NCBI GenBank assembly: GCA_030390025.1
Contig: CM059432.1
Coordinates: 50,284,001-50,348,000, forward strand
Length of the DNA stretch: 64,000 nt
DNA from: Squalus acanthias
Lineage: Eukaryota
Direction of reading: 5' to 3'
Below are positions 38,908-51,400 of this stretch, piece after piece. Position 1 is the stretch's first letter. Each line of letters begins with the position of its first letter. The notes below the pieces were generated by a model, which ran no database searches, was not told where the DNA came from, and worked only from the letters and a program-made list of their open reading frames with translations. The position numbers were made by a program, and so were the translations under genes.

Positions 38908-39983
38908 TGATCCCCATTGTATTTTCTGAAAATTGTGTGGACCTGAAAATCTGTGGGCTGTCATTTTGGTGGTTACCTCACAATTGCGCTGCAGAACTGA
39001 CATAATTGCCCTCCAGAACTGACCCTGCTGGGGTTCGTGCGGTCAGCGGAAAGGCACCTAACTTACATGGGGCCAATGGGCACCCGTGCCACTAAAGTGC
39101 ACCTCCGGCTCCCACCTGCAGCCAGAAAATCTGGCACCTGCCCACCATAGGATAGGGCTGCCCAGGCGCTACCCCGACCCTCAAAACTCCATAGTGTCCC
39201 CCTCACTTCCTTGTGCAAGAAGAAGCTCTGTAGATGATAGGCAGACAGGAGAGGCTGTCGGAACTGGTGAGGGTGGAAGCAAGGTGGCAAGAGAAGGTTG
39301 TTAAAGATGGGCAGGGCTCATTGTAGGTAGTGTCTGCTTTATGTGCCTTCTGAAAGTAGTGCAGTACCTTTACACTCAACTACTATTTATTCAAACAGAA
39401 ATGCCACTGTGTGCACAGCTAAACAAGCTCTCCTGTTTTGACATAATAAGGGGTACCTTGGAAGAAGAAACCTATCACTCTGAAGACTACCAAGGCACTT
39501 CCAGTTCCATAACTCCTGCAATGTCCACAAACCATAAGACCCTGATCTTAGGGGCCCAGTTTTAAAAAGGCTATGATTAAGGAGCGTCTATCTCATATGC
39601 AGACAGTGGAGATGGCTTCCATGCATACAGTTGAGATGATGGAGAACTAAGAGGAGTCAACTGTGCACATCTGCAATACATTGCAAGAAATTTCCCACAA
39701 AATGAAGACACACTGGAGACGGTGACAGTTCAGGAGGTTTCTGTAACAGCAAGGTGGCAGGAGGTGGTACTAAGGATATTGGTGGCTTCTGCAATGGTAG
39801 TTACCACTGCTTCAATAAGTGTCTTGAGTATTAGCCAAAACAATACCATTTCACAGGCTTCCCAGACTTAACTGGGACTATTCCTGCTCCTATTTTTTCT
39901 AATAATTATGCATCACACTGACTAGTAGCACCTCTGACCCTGTACCCTGTACCACTGGGCTGCAAAGAGTGGTCACAGATGTC

Positions 39984-42590
39984 ATAGGAACATGGACCAT
40001 TCAGCGCCTCGAGCCTGCTCCGTCATTCAATTAGATCATGTTTGATCTTCACCTCAACTCCATTTACCCGACTTTGCTTCATATCCCTTGATACCCTTAC
40101 CTAACAAAAATCTATCTATCTCAGTCTTGAAAGCTCCAATTGTCCCACCATCCACAACCTTTTGGTGGAGAAAGTTCCAGATTTCTACTACCCTTTGTTG
40201 TGAAAAAGTGCTTGCTGATTTCACTCCTGAATGGCCTAGCTCTAATTTTAATATCTTGTCCCCCTTGTTCTTGATTGCCCCACCAGAGTAAATAGTTTCC
40301 CCATATCTACCTCGTCAAAAAATTCAATTAGATTAGTCAGACATGACTTACCCTTAACAAAGTCATGCTGCTTTCTCGGATCAGCTCATATTTGTTCAAG
40401 TGCTCAGTCACTCTATCCCTAATGACACATTCTAGCAGCTTCCCCACAGCTGATGGCTGGGGGAATTTTTTCGGGGGGTCAGTGGGCGTGTTTGGTGGTG
40501 GGTCAGGTGGGAAAATATTTATTTTTGACAGCAGGTAGGGAACCCGTTGTCAACCCGCCGCCACGCTGGTTTCCCAGATGTCGGGTCTGTCATCGCTGAA
40601 CAGACCTGACACCAAGCGGTGAGGGAGGCAATTTAGATCATTAAGAGCTTGTTAACAGGCACTTAAAAATGATTTTAAGCTCACCTTTAGATTTTAAGAG
40701 TTCGCCCATGGCTTCCTCACTGCTCGGGGATCACGTCAGCTCAGCAGGTCGGGTGTTGTGTCACCATGAGACTATTTCTTAACTTGACAGCTGCAAATGG
40801 TCTATAAAAGCTCCCATTTGATAGCTGTTCACTTTCCAAAGTCAGAATCTGTTACTTACTGCATTTGGAAGACAGATTGAGCTTTATGCAGCTTGCAAGT
40901 GTTTGGAGTAAACTCTCTATCCAGTGTCACCTCATTGGAACAACCTCTCTCACCACTGACAGATCGCTTCTGTCATCTCAAGTTCACCTGCCATCTATTC
41001 CATCAGCATCGGTGCCCTTGAAACTATCTCACCGTGACCCTCAGAATCCCTCCACGATCAGCATCACCAGGCACACCAGCAGCACCAACAACAAAACCAA
41101 CCTTCTCCACAATCTACTGATGCTGCACAGGCCACAGGGCATTAGCACCCGACGACATTGCTGCCCGGGAGGTCAGGGATGGCCTCACCATGGCCAGATT
41201 TACTTCACTTGATGCTGTACACCCTGGCTGCCACGTGATGCACAAAGTTGGCACCACCCCACACCAGCACCATAACGCATCCCTACAATGTCCAAGCCAT
41301 TCCTTTCACACTCATTGCCATTGCGGGGGGTACTGTTATTGTCTCACCATTCACTACAACTCACTAAGCTACTTCCAAAGGTGCACACAAATCTTTCCAA
41401 GAACGCAAAGTGTTGAAAATAAAGATTTCAATGTTTGACACCACATTAACAGAAACTTCACATGAACATTGTCTAAAACACCCAAGTGCCTACCCTTGTG
41501 TGTTGTTGCTTGGTATGATTGAACTAGGAAGAGGGTGAGTGTGAGGGGTGGCTAGTGAGATGAGGAAGTGATAATGTAGATAGAGAGGGATGGGTGGAGG
41601 TGCAAGGTAAGTTGATGTGAGTAAGGATGTGCAGGAGTAGGGTAAGGAAGGCAGAGTGATGGGGATGTGATGAGAGGCACAGCAGGATGAGGTTGAGTGT
41701 GGCTTTGCAGTAACATTTCGTGATCTACTGAGATCATTGAAAGGTTTGCGCCACTGCAGCCTGGTCCTCCTACTGACATCTCTGCGAGTGTCCTCCTGTG
41801 CAATGTGCAACCAGGCTGCCTTGATCTCATGGGGAGGTCTCTTCCGCCCATTGGAAGGGAAGAGAATCTCCCTGCGTGCTGTGACTCCCTCCATATGCAC
41901 ACGGAGGGAGTTATGGGAGAGCCTGGGTGCAGCCGTGCACCTCGTTGCAGTGTTTGTCAGTGTTTGCAGCACCTCAATGCTGTAGAACACTGACAGCTCA
42001 ACTGTCAAAATCAATTTGCGCATGGTCCCTTTAAGGAAGCCGGCTGATGACACATCATCAAGTTATGTCATCAGACCCCCTTCCTTCAATCGGCCGGCAA
42101 ATGCGCTGGGCGGGCTTAACAAGCCTAATCAACGTAAAATCACTTTGGACAGTGGGCTGGAGTCAGCAGTAGGGTCGCACCCCACGCCACCGACCAAGGC
42201 CGCACCAAACCCGCCAAGGTAGGGGAAATCGTGGCTCTGGTTTCTCTCTCCCACACTTCTTAAATAATGGAGTGATACTAGAAAATTTCCAATCCATCGA
42301 TACAATACACGAATCAAGAGAGTTTTGAAAGATTATGACTAATGCTTCTTTAATTTCCTTACATACCTCTTTTAATATCCTGGGGTGGAATCCATCAGGT
42401 CCTGGTATCTATCCTAAGTCCCATTATTTTCTCCATTCCCATTTTTTTACTTCTATTGAATCCAATAAATTATTCACCTTGATTTATTTTTGTTTCTATC
42501 ACTGGTATTTTATCCTCTTCCTCCAATATGGGAATGGATACAAATGACTTGTTTAATAAATCTGCCATTACCCTGTTGTCTGTTACAGTT
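39984..42590 (-). mobile_element. Decayed CR1 fragments flanking E3
   Basis: CR1 3' tail at about 39984-40320; agacatgacttacccttaacaaagtcatg and ccatcaggtcctgg RT-region remnants. Confidence 0.55.
40457..42236. mobile_element. Non-autonomous Harbinger E3
   Basis: Colinear with E1 minus its LTR; Myb exon-1 frame open (41490-42053, minus). Confidence 0.8.
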
Positions 42591-44049
42591 TCAATTAAAC
42601 AGTTGGTTTGATGCAGACTGCTCTAGGCAAGTATTGAAGATGGAGTTCTATTAGCAAAACAGAACTGCTGAATGCTTCTGTAATAATATTTTAAAGTTTA
42701 ACAATGTTATTCCTTTTCATTCAGTCTTGGATTATAAACAACCCTAAATCGAGTACAACGCAAGAACATTACTGCAACAGTGAATCAAAGAGGCATTCTG
42801 TGGCTTTGCTGCAATCCCCATTATCTTGGGTTTGAATTCATGTTTCCAGCTACATATCCATGCAGCTGCTGAGAAATTGCAGGTCTACTATGATTGGAAA
42901 GGCTTGTATTCTGATAATGTGAAGGCAGAATGTAATATATTGTGACAGTGGGTGTGCCAACTCACTTGGCAGTGCCTACAGCGTTTTCTTTTCTTGACAA
43001 TTCTGCACTAGACAAGAAATTTGTGGAAGCAGAATTGATTAGTGGATTTCTACTGTGGACTGCTGGGTGGCCCTTGTACTATATTCTTGTTCCTTTAATT
43101 TTACTTTGCTTGTTTGTTTTTAAATAGAGACATTGGGGGTGATTTTCTGCCTGGTAATAGTGCCATGCACAAGATGCCAAATTATGCCTGTACACAAATT
43201 CCAAATTAGATTTAACACAGCCATAAGGGATAACTTTAATGAATTTGCTTTTCCAAAAGTGTGAATTTGTACATTTTACCCTTAAATCTTTTGTGCTCAT
43301 GGTTTAAAACACCAATTTACACATTTGTTCGGGTTAATCAAATTAGCTTTCGTTGCAAATCAAATTCCAAATAGTTACACGGTGTACACCATTGGAGTTA
43401 CAATGGGACAAGGCTTTAACCTCGACTAAAAGCAGTTTTATGGAAGTCATATTCTAATCTTTCAAAATGCATTAAATTGAGTTTGCACAACATTATGATG
43501 TCTGTAAAGGCACTAAGCACTAACACTGTTAGTGTACACTCACATTTTTGCACACTATAAGATGTACAACAAACTGTACATCACATCATATTAGTGCATT
43601 CATCTGAACCCATGCAGTGATGCAAATATAACATTTATAGGGAGGAAATGATTTCTCTGTTGCAGGTGGCACAAGGATAGAAACACTCCACATAAATATT
43701 TTAAGACCCAGCTTCATAAGTAATGGAACATTCCAGAAAACTTTACAGTGAGTCCCAGGAAGTGAAAACCCCAGAATGCTAAAAGGTTCACTCCAGATAT
43801 AAACTGGATTTGAAAAGTTGGCATGGCGCTGGAGAAAAGAAGGCACAAGTTAGAGAAATAAATGTGTTTTAAATTAATAACTAGAAAAATATTATAGGTA
43901 GATGAAATAGCAACTTGGATTGTAAAACCAGCTTGTAAATATTATAGCTATCTCCATTCCAATCTAAAGTGGCAACTTTAGATTAGAAAATGTAACAACA
44001 CAAATTTCTATCCTCAATGTCCATTCAATATTCTAATAATATGTGCAAA

Positions 44050-44528
44050 AAGAAAAAGAAAGAAAGACTTGCATTTATATAGCGCCTTTCACGACCACCG
44101 GGCGTCCCAAAGCACTTTGCAGCCAATGAAGTACTTTTTGAAGTGTAGTCACTGGTGTAATGTAGGAAACGCAGCAGCCAATTTGTGCACAGCAAGCTCC
44201 CACAAACAGCAATGTGATAATGACCAGATAATCTGTTTTAGTGATGTTGATTGAGGGATAAATATTGGCCAGGACACTGGGGATAACTCCCCCGCTCTTC
44301 TTCGAAACAGTGCCATGGGATCTTTTACATCCACCTGAGAGAGTAGATGGGCCTCAGTTTAACGTCTCATCTGAAAGACGGCACCTCTGACAGTGCAGCA
44401 TTCCCTCAGTACTGCACTGGAGTGTCAGCCTAGATTTTTGTATTCAAGTCTCTGGAGTGGGACTTTGAACCCACAACCTTCTGACTCAGAGGCAAGAGTG
44501 TGCTACCAGCTGAGCCACTGGCTGACAC
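44050..44528 (-). mobile_element. Full-length SacSINE1/DeuSINE-like SINE
   Basis: tRNA-like head TGGCTCAGCTGG...GGTTCAAAGTCC, Deu-domain-like core, L2-type tail gcgctatataaatgcaagtctttct. Confidence 0.85.
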
Positions 44529-45770
44529 CTGACACAAAAGATGAACACTGCTGGAAAACATATGTTGACATGATAATTTGCACTGAAGTTTTGTTGCTCA
44601 TTTCTATTTTCAAATTTATAAATATTTGGCTGCCAAGCTATGAGAGCTATATTTCTATTGAAAGATTCTCCTCAGGGTAGTAGTGAAGGTGTGGGTGCAG
44701 GGCCTACAGTCCCTATACAAGAGCCTTCAGGAATCAAAGACAGATTTAAGTAGCAATATCACAGAGCAGTATGGAGGAGGGATGTTAGTTTCATGCCAGT
44801 GTATTGAGCATATTGAGTATAGAGTCAAACGGTTAGATTTTCTTCATGAAAACTGACCATATTTGGGCTGTATCTGGACAGATTGTAGAGATATGGTGCA
44901 GAAAGGCCGTTCAATTAATACCAAGGATTTTGTGCAATGTTTGACAAGAAAAAATAATGTGGGCTTGGCCAGATGCACTGCTTCTTTTTCTTTGAAGCAT
45001 TCTCTTACTGCCACAAAATTAAAAATAAGTTAAGTCTTAACACTTGCCAATTTGCAGGGTTATGGGGAAAAAACTGGGGTGTGGGACCTAATTGGAAAGC
45101 TCTTTCAAAGAGCCGGCACAGGCATGACGGGCTGAATGGCCTCCTTCTGTGCTGTAATATTCTATGATTTTATGATTGTAAATGGCAATATTACCCCACT
45201 GTCAGTTTAGCAGGTGAGAAAACCTTAATCTGAAGAGATGCAGTGGGCACCCAATAACAACAAAATTTGCCTATTTAATAATAACAGTGCTGCCCCCTTC
45301 ATGGCAGTGTCAAACCTGATGTGCCGACAGTCTATATGAAGTTTTAAATGCCTGTCAATGGTGCCAACTGTGACTGTACCATTGTGGTTAGCAACATCAA
45401 GGTCACCCTTCATCCCGATGCCTTTGCAGTGCCACTCCTTCACTTCCTGCTGCCTTTGGAAAGTAGCAGGTGCTTTCTGGGAAGCCTGGTGTGTGTTAAA
45501 AGGTGAGCTGTTAAATTGGAACTATTTTTGAAGTTTTAATATAAAGCTTAATTGGAGCAAACATAAGTGAATATCTTCTTTTTCTGACTGCTTGCAAGCG
45601 ATAAATCAATGTGAAATTTTATTGCTCTATTGCTCACTGTAAAAACTGAGAATGAAAAATCAAGCTGAGAACGCAGTATGAAAGAGAGATCAAGGAGAAT
45701 TTAAAAGATAAGTCTGGAAGGTGCACACACATTAGCGCCTACAACCAAATATACACAAATTGGCTCAGAG

Positions 45771-45868
45771 ACATACACACATACACCCAACACACATTCA
45801 CATGCACACAAGCATGCAGATGTACACCAAACACATCAGACACACACACATATGCACACATGTACACA
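45771..45868 (+). repeat. Degenerate (CA)n tract
   Basis: Direct inspection. Confidence 0.7.
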
Positions 45869-46274
45869 TGGAAATCCCATTAACCTAACAGAGAGCCAAG
45901 GTACCAGCTGCAAATTTTAAGTGACAAACCAGAAACAAAGGAAACCTGCAGTAGTACCACTATGTTAAAAATAATTTTTAATACTTTTATTTGACATAAT
46001 GAAAAGCTCTTTTATCATCAAAGATTGAAATGTTTGCCACACTGTTAACTAAAAGTGTTCACTGTACTGAATAGCAAAGTGTGAATATTGACGTAATTAA
46101 AAAAATATTCAGCAACTGAAAATTTGGTTCTTTTGTCAATTTTTTCTCTATAAAGACTGATTATGAGGATTTTTTAAACTCATTCACTACACATTGGGTG
46201 AAATTTCATATTAAAGCAACTCGATGATTTTGCAATAAATGACACATTTTGACACAGAATTCATTGTTACATTA

Positions 46275-47468
46275 TAAGGTGATTTTAACCCTACCCACCT
46301 GGTTAGTGGGCAGTAAGATGACTTACCCGCTGATTTCCGGGCTGCTTTGCGCCAATCATGATTTTAACCTGGTCTTCTCAGTAGACGGCAAAGGCATCTG
46401 CCAGAAGTTGGCAGGATCCTTCTTTAAATCTATAGGGATGGCCTCACCACAGCCATACACTTGACGCTGTACACCCTGACTGCCACATGATGCGCCAGGT
46501 TGGCACCACCCGACACCAGCACCATAAAGCATCCCTACAATGCCCAAGCCATTTCTTTCACACTCATCGCCATTGCGGGGGGTTCCATTATGTCTCACCA
46601 TTCACTGCAACTCACTAAGCTACTTCCAAAGGTGCACACAAATCTGTCCAAGAACGCAAAGTGTTGAAAATAAAGTTTTCAATGTTTGACAGCACATGAA
46701 CAGAAACTTCACATGAACATTGTCTGAACCACCCAAGTGCCTACACTCGTGTGCTGTTAGTTGGTATGATTGGATTAGGATGAGGGTGAGTGTGAGGGGT
46801 GGCTAGTGAGATGGGGAAGTGATAATGTAGATAGAGAGGGATGGGTGGAGGTGCAAGGTAAGTTGGTGCGAGTAAGGATGTGCAGGAGTAGGGTAGGGAA
46901 GGCAGAGTGATGGGGATGTGATGATAGGCACAGCAGTGGCTTTGCAGTAACGTTTCGTGATCTACTAAGATCATTGAAAGGTTTGTGCCACTGCAGCCTG
47001 GTCCTCCTAACGACATCCCTGCTAGTGTCCTCCTGTGCAATGTGCAACCAGGCTGTGTTGATCTCCTGAGGAGGTCTCTTCTGCCCATTGGAAGGGAAGA
47101 GGACTTCCTGCGTGCTGTGACTCCCTCCATAAGCACATGGAGGGAGTCATGGGAGAGCTGGGTGCAGCCGTGCACCTCTGTGCTGTGCTTGTCAATGTTT
47201 GCAACACTTCAATGCTGTCGAACACTGACAGCACAACTGTCAAAATCAATTTGTGCATGGTCCCTTTAAGGAAACCGGCTGATGACGCGTCATCAAGTGA
47301 TGTCATCAGACCCGCTTCCTTGAATTGGCCGGGAAACGCGCTGGGCGGGCTTAACAAGCCCAATCAGCATAAAATCTCTTTAGACAGCGGGCTGGAGCCA
47401 GCAGCGGGGTCACAACCCGCCACCAACCCTGGCCGCACTGAACGACCGAGATAGGGGAAATTGCGGCC
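46275..47468. mobile_element. Non-autonomous Harbinger E4 (internally deleted)
   Basis: 46435-47468 highly similar to 41178-42236; right TIR GAAATTGCGGCC. Confidence 0.8.
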
Positions 47469-48164
47469 ACAATCTGCTGGTGCAGGGAAAATAGCAGGAG
47501 GCATTCACTTTCTATGCTGCTCGAGCCTTCAGAATCAATCAACTCTTAACAGTCTCTCTGCTAATATCACCATTCTTGGTCATTTCAATGTTCGCCATCA
47601 GCAATGGTTCTAATTCTCTTCAACTGATCAGGTTGGCATTAATGCTGAATCCTTTCCTATACTGAGTAACTTTGAATTGTTCATTAATCAACCCACACTG
47701 AGTAAATCAGCTAATCTCCTTGAATTTTCCTCACTTTGACCATAACTATTACACTGCTGGCCTCTTCTGACCACTATCTCGTATATACCTCTTACAGATT
47801 ATCCGGCAAAAAATCGTGCTCTTGCTTAGCACAACTGGCGGTGAGTGCACGCACGCAACGGGATGTTTATCAAAAAATCGTGAGCAACACACTCATGATT
47901 TTCTGATATGTTACCTACTGCACGCAAAGCACTGCTGGTGACAATGGGGGGAATTTTGACTTTATGCGAAAGTGCAAAACAGGCGATTGCGAACCAGCAG
48001 CCCAATTTTACATCTCTTACGGTTTTTATTTCCATTCGCAATGCTACTGGCCCAGGTAAGCCTGTGCCATAAGCCAGCATAACCCCCTTAGTGATTTGCA
48101 AAATCAAAGCTTATCTTGGATTCACAACACTATATTGTCCTTGTATAAGACCTTGGTTGGGCTT

Positions 48165-49390
48165 CATCAAAATCATGAGGAGTCCGGACAGAGTAGATAG
48201 AGAGAAACTGTTCCCATTGGCAGAAGGGTCAAGAACCAGAAGACACAGATGTAAGGTGATTGGCAGAAGATCCAAAAGCGACATGAGGAAAATCTTTTTT
48301 ACGCAGCGAGTGTTTCAGCTCTGGAATGCACTGCCTGAAAGGGTGGTGGAGGCAGACTCAATCACGGCTTTCAAAAGGGAGTTGGATAAGTATGTGAAGG
48401 AAAAAAAATTGCAGGGCTACGGGGAAAGGGCGGGGGAGTGGGACTAGCTGACGTGCTCTTGCTGAGAGCCGGCACGGGCTCGACAGGCCGAATGGCCTCC
48501 TTCTGTGCTGTAACCATTCTATGATTCTATGATCAGGAATATGTGTCCAGTTTTGTTCCCCTCACATGGTGAGTGATATAGAGGCCCTGGAAAAGGTTCA
48601 GAAGAAGGCCACTAAATTGATATGTACCTTAAAATCCCTTTGTTACTATGAGAGGTGCAAAGAGCTGGGTCTTTTTACTCTAGAAAGGTGTAGACTTTAG
48701 TGAGACTTGATTGACATCTTTAAAATAATGAAGGGACTAAACCGTGTCCATGTGGATAGACTATTTGAATTAGATATGTTATAGAATCATAGAATCATAC
48801 AGAACAGAAGGAGGTCATTCAGCCATTTGTGCCTCTGCCAGCTCTTTGAAAGAGCTATCCAATTAGTCCCACTCCCCTACTCTTTCCCCATAGCTCTGCA
48901 AGTTATATTGGAGAGAACCAGGTGACACGTGTATAAGTTATCTAAGCAGACAACTAGGCTACATGTCAGGAGATTATTCTTTTTACAGAAGATTATTGAT
49001 ATTTGGAACAAGTTGGCATCTCATGCAGTCAGTGCGGATTTGTTGCAAGTGTTAAAAAGGGAACTGGCGCATTCCTTTCTGTGGCTGATACCACTGCGTA
49101 CAAAAGGTAGGAGGGGTATTGGGTGATGTGCCTCATGGTCACTGTGGTCTCTCAGATCTTGTTTTGATCACCTTAGGGGGTCGGAGAGGAATTTCAGAGA
49201 TTGCTTTTTCTCTGAATTGGCCGAGGGTTCTTTCAATCTGTTTTTCTCTTGCTTCTCCCATGAGATTACATGGCTGCTGGTGGGTGGAGAGCATTGGAAA
49301 TCATGATGCTCGATTGCATCATGAATGTATGTGACAGGCTCGATAGACCAGCTGTTTTTTTCCTTGTCTGTTATTTTCGTATGTTTGTAA
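48165..49390 (+). mobile_element. Cluster of CR1 3' fragments
   Basis: DRVDREKLFPLAEGSRTRRH...FFTQRVFQLWNALPERVVEADS; (ATTCTATG)n tails; inverted tail at 48781-48901. Confidence 0.8.
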
Positions 49391-50122
49391 TCATGCCTGG
49401 GTTTCTGAAGTTTCTCATACAGATTCTGAGTATCACTGCTGAGGAATCATTCCTCTTTTTACTACTGATAGTGAAATCAATAAAGCATGATTCAGTGATG
49501 GTGCACTCTATGAGCATAGTCACACATTTCAAGAGCACGTCTTGCTGAATTAGATGAACAGGTCAGAGTCCTTGGCCAGAATTTTCACATTGCAGAGCGT
49601 GCGGGTTTGGAAGCGGGTCGGCAGTTAAAAGCGCTGAAATTGACAGCACGTCAGGAACCCGCCATCATCCTGTCGACTTCCGCATTTAACTGGGGCGTGT
49701 TTCGAAGCGTGCCATGGACTCGCTCGGGAGAGGCGGGCAACCTTATTGAAGTACTTCACTGCTCATTGAGAGACCCTTCAGAGCCTTTTTAATATGAAGA
49801 TTCATCTTTTACTGCTTGCGCACGGGATTCACCAACTTCGGGAAGCTCGCCTGTGAAGGCAAGGCGGGAGCTCAGTGGCCATTGTGCTAGTTGATTAAGT
49901 GAAAGCTGGAAAAAGCACATAAATACACACACCTTACACCTGCTTCCTTGCCTAAGGGAAAGGCTCTTGCTGACACCATTTTGTGCAGAGATTTTGCTTT
50001 CAGGAGCTTGCAGGTGATTCCTGCAACCTTCAAAGCCACTCTCACCACATTGCAAGTCACTCTCACTACATTGGAGGATTGTGCCTCTGATCTCCACTTT
50101 ACTTGGCATCTATCAGATCAGC

Positions 50123-51400
50123 ATGGGTGACGCTTATGCTGTTTGACCTTGGATCTCAGATTCGGACAGGATGAGCTCCAACACCAATGACACCAGCCAC
50201 ACCAGCAGCAACAACACCAGCAGCCTTCTCCTCACCGACCTGATGCTCCACAGGAGAGAGGGGGTCAGCACAGGGGTGCACTGCACCGGAGGCGATACCC
50301 TCAACATAGGGTATACAGGCAGAGTATCAGCTTCCTCAACATGACGGAGCAGCAGTGCTTCAGGAGGCTCAGGCTATGCTGCCAGGTCTTCGCAGACATT
50401 TGTAGCTTGCTGGAACAAGACCTGCTGCCCAGGAGACCTGGTGGACATGCCTTACCAGTGGCTGTCAAAGTCACCACCGCTCTCAACTCCTTCGCCACAG
50501 GCTCCTTCCAGGGATCTGCAGCAGACATTTGCTGGATCTCTCAGTCGACCGCCCACAAATGCATCACCCAGGTGACCGATGCCATGTTTCACAAGTCAGA
50601 CACTTACGAACACTTTGCCACTGATGAAGCCAGTGTGACTGAGTGGGCGCTCGGCTTTGCAGCTCTGGCTGGCTTCCCACAGGTGCAGGGCATCATCGAC
50701 TGCCCACATGTGGCCATCAAGGCACCCCCACATCACCCAGGAGTGTTCATGAACCACAATGGCTTCCACTCCCTCAATGTACAGCTCTTCTACAACCATA
50801 AAAAGATCATCATGCATGTGTGTGCCAGATTCCCAGGGAGCTGTCATGACTCTTTTATCCTGCGCCAGTCCACCCTCCTTCAGCTGTTCGCCCCTCTGAA
50901 CAGACTGGCTGCTTGGAGACAAGGGCTATCCACTGAAGACTTGGCTGATGACATCCTTGAGGAGGCCAAGAAATTAGGCCGAGGAGCACTATAATGAAAG
51001 CCACATGTCGACCAGATATGTCATAGAGCAAACAATCGGCATGCTGAAGATGCGCTTCAGATGCCTTGACAGATCTGGAGCAGCCCTTCATTATGCACCA
51101 GCCAGGGTCTCCAGAATTATCATCGTATGCTGTGCGCTGCACAACATAGCGCAGCAGCGAGGATTGGAGCTGCAGGAGGAGCAAGGCGCAGAACACACAG
51201 CCTCATCGGAGGAGGAGGAGGAGGAGGAGGAGGAACAGGTGGAACATGAGGAGGAGGAGGAGGAGGAGGAGGAGGAGGAACAGGTGGAACATGAGGAGGA
51301 GGAGGAGGAGGAGGCAGAACCTGAGTTGGAGGTGGCACCAGCAGCAGCAGCACATTGCTGCCCAGGAGGCCCAGGATGGCCTCGTAATGGCCCGATTTAG
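50123..51400 (+). pseudogene. HARBI1-like DDE transposase of copy D
   Basis: [30 protein letters not shown]; early stops and frameshift near 50905; poly-Glu tail. Confidence 0.9.
51208..51313 (+). repeat. (GAG)n with duplicated GAACAGGTGGAACAT unit (poly-Glu tail)
   Basis: Direct inspection. Confidence 0.9.

Noticed and set aside
42960..43095. Possible minus-strand exon ending in a gtgagt donor
   Set aside because: Stops in all three frames and a weak acceptor
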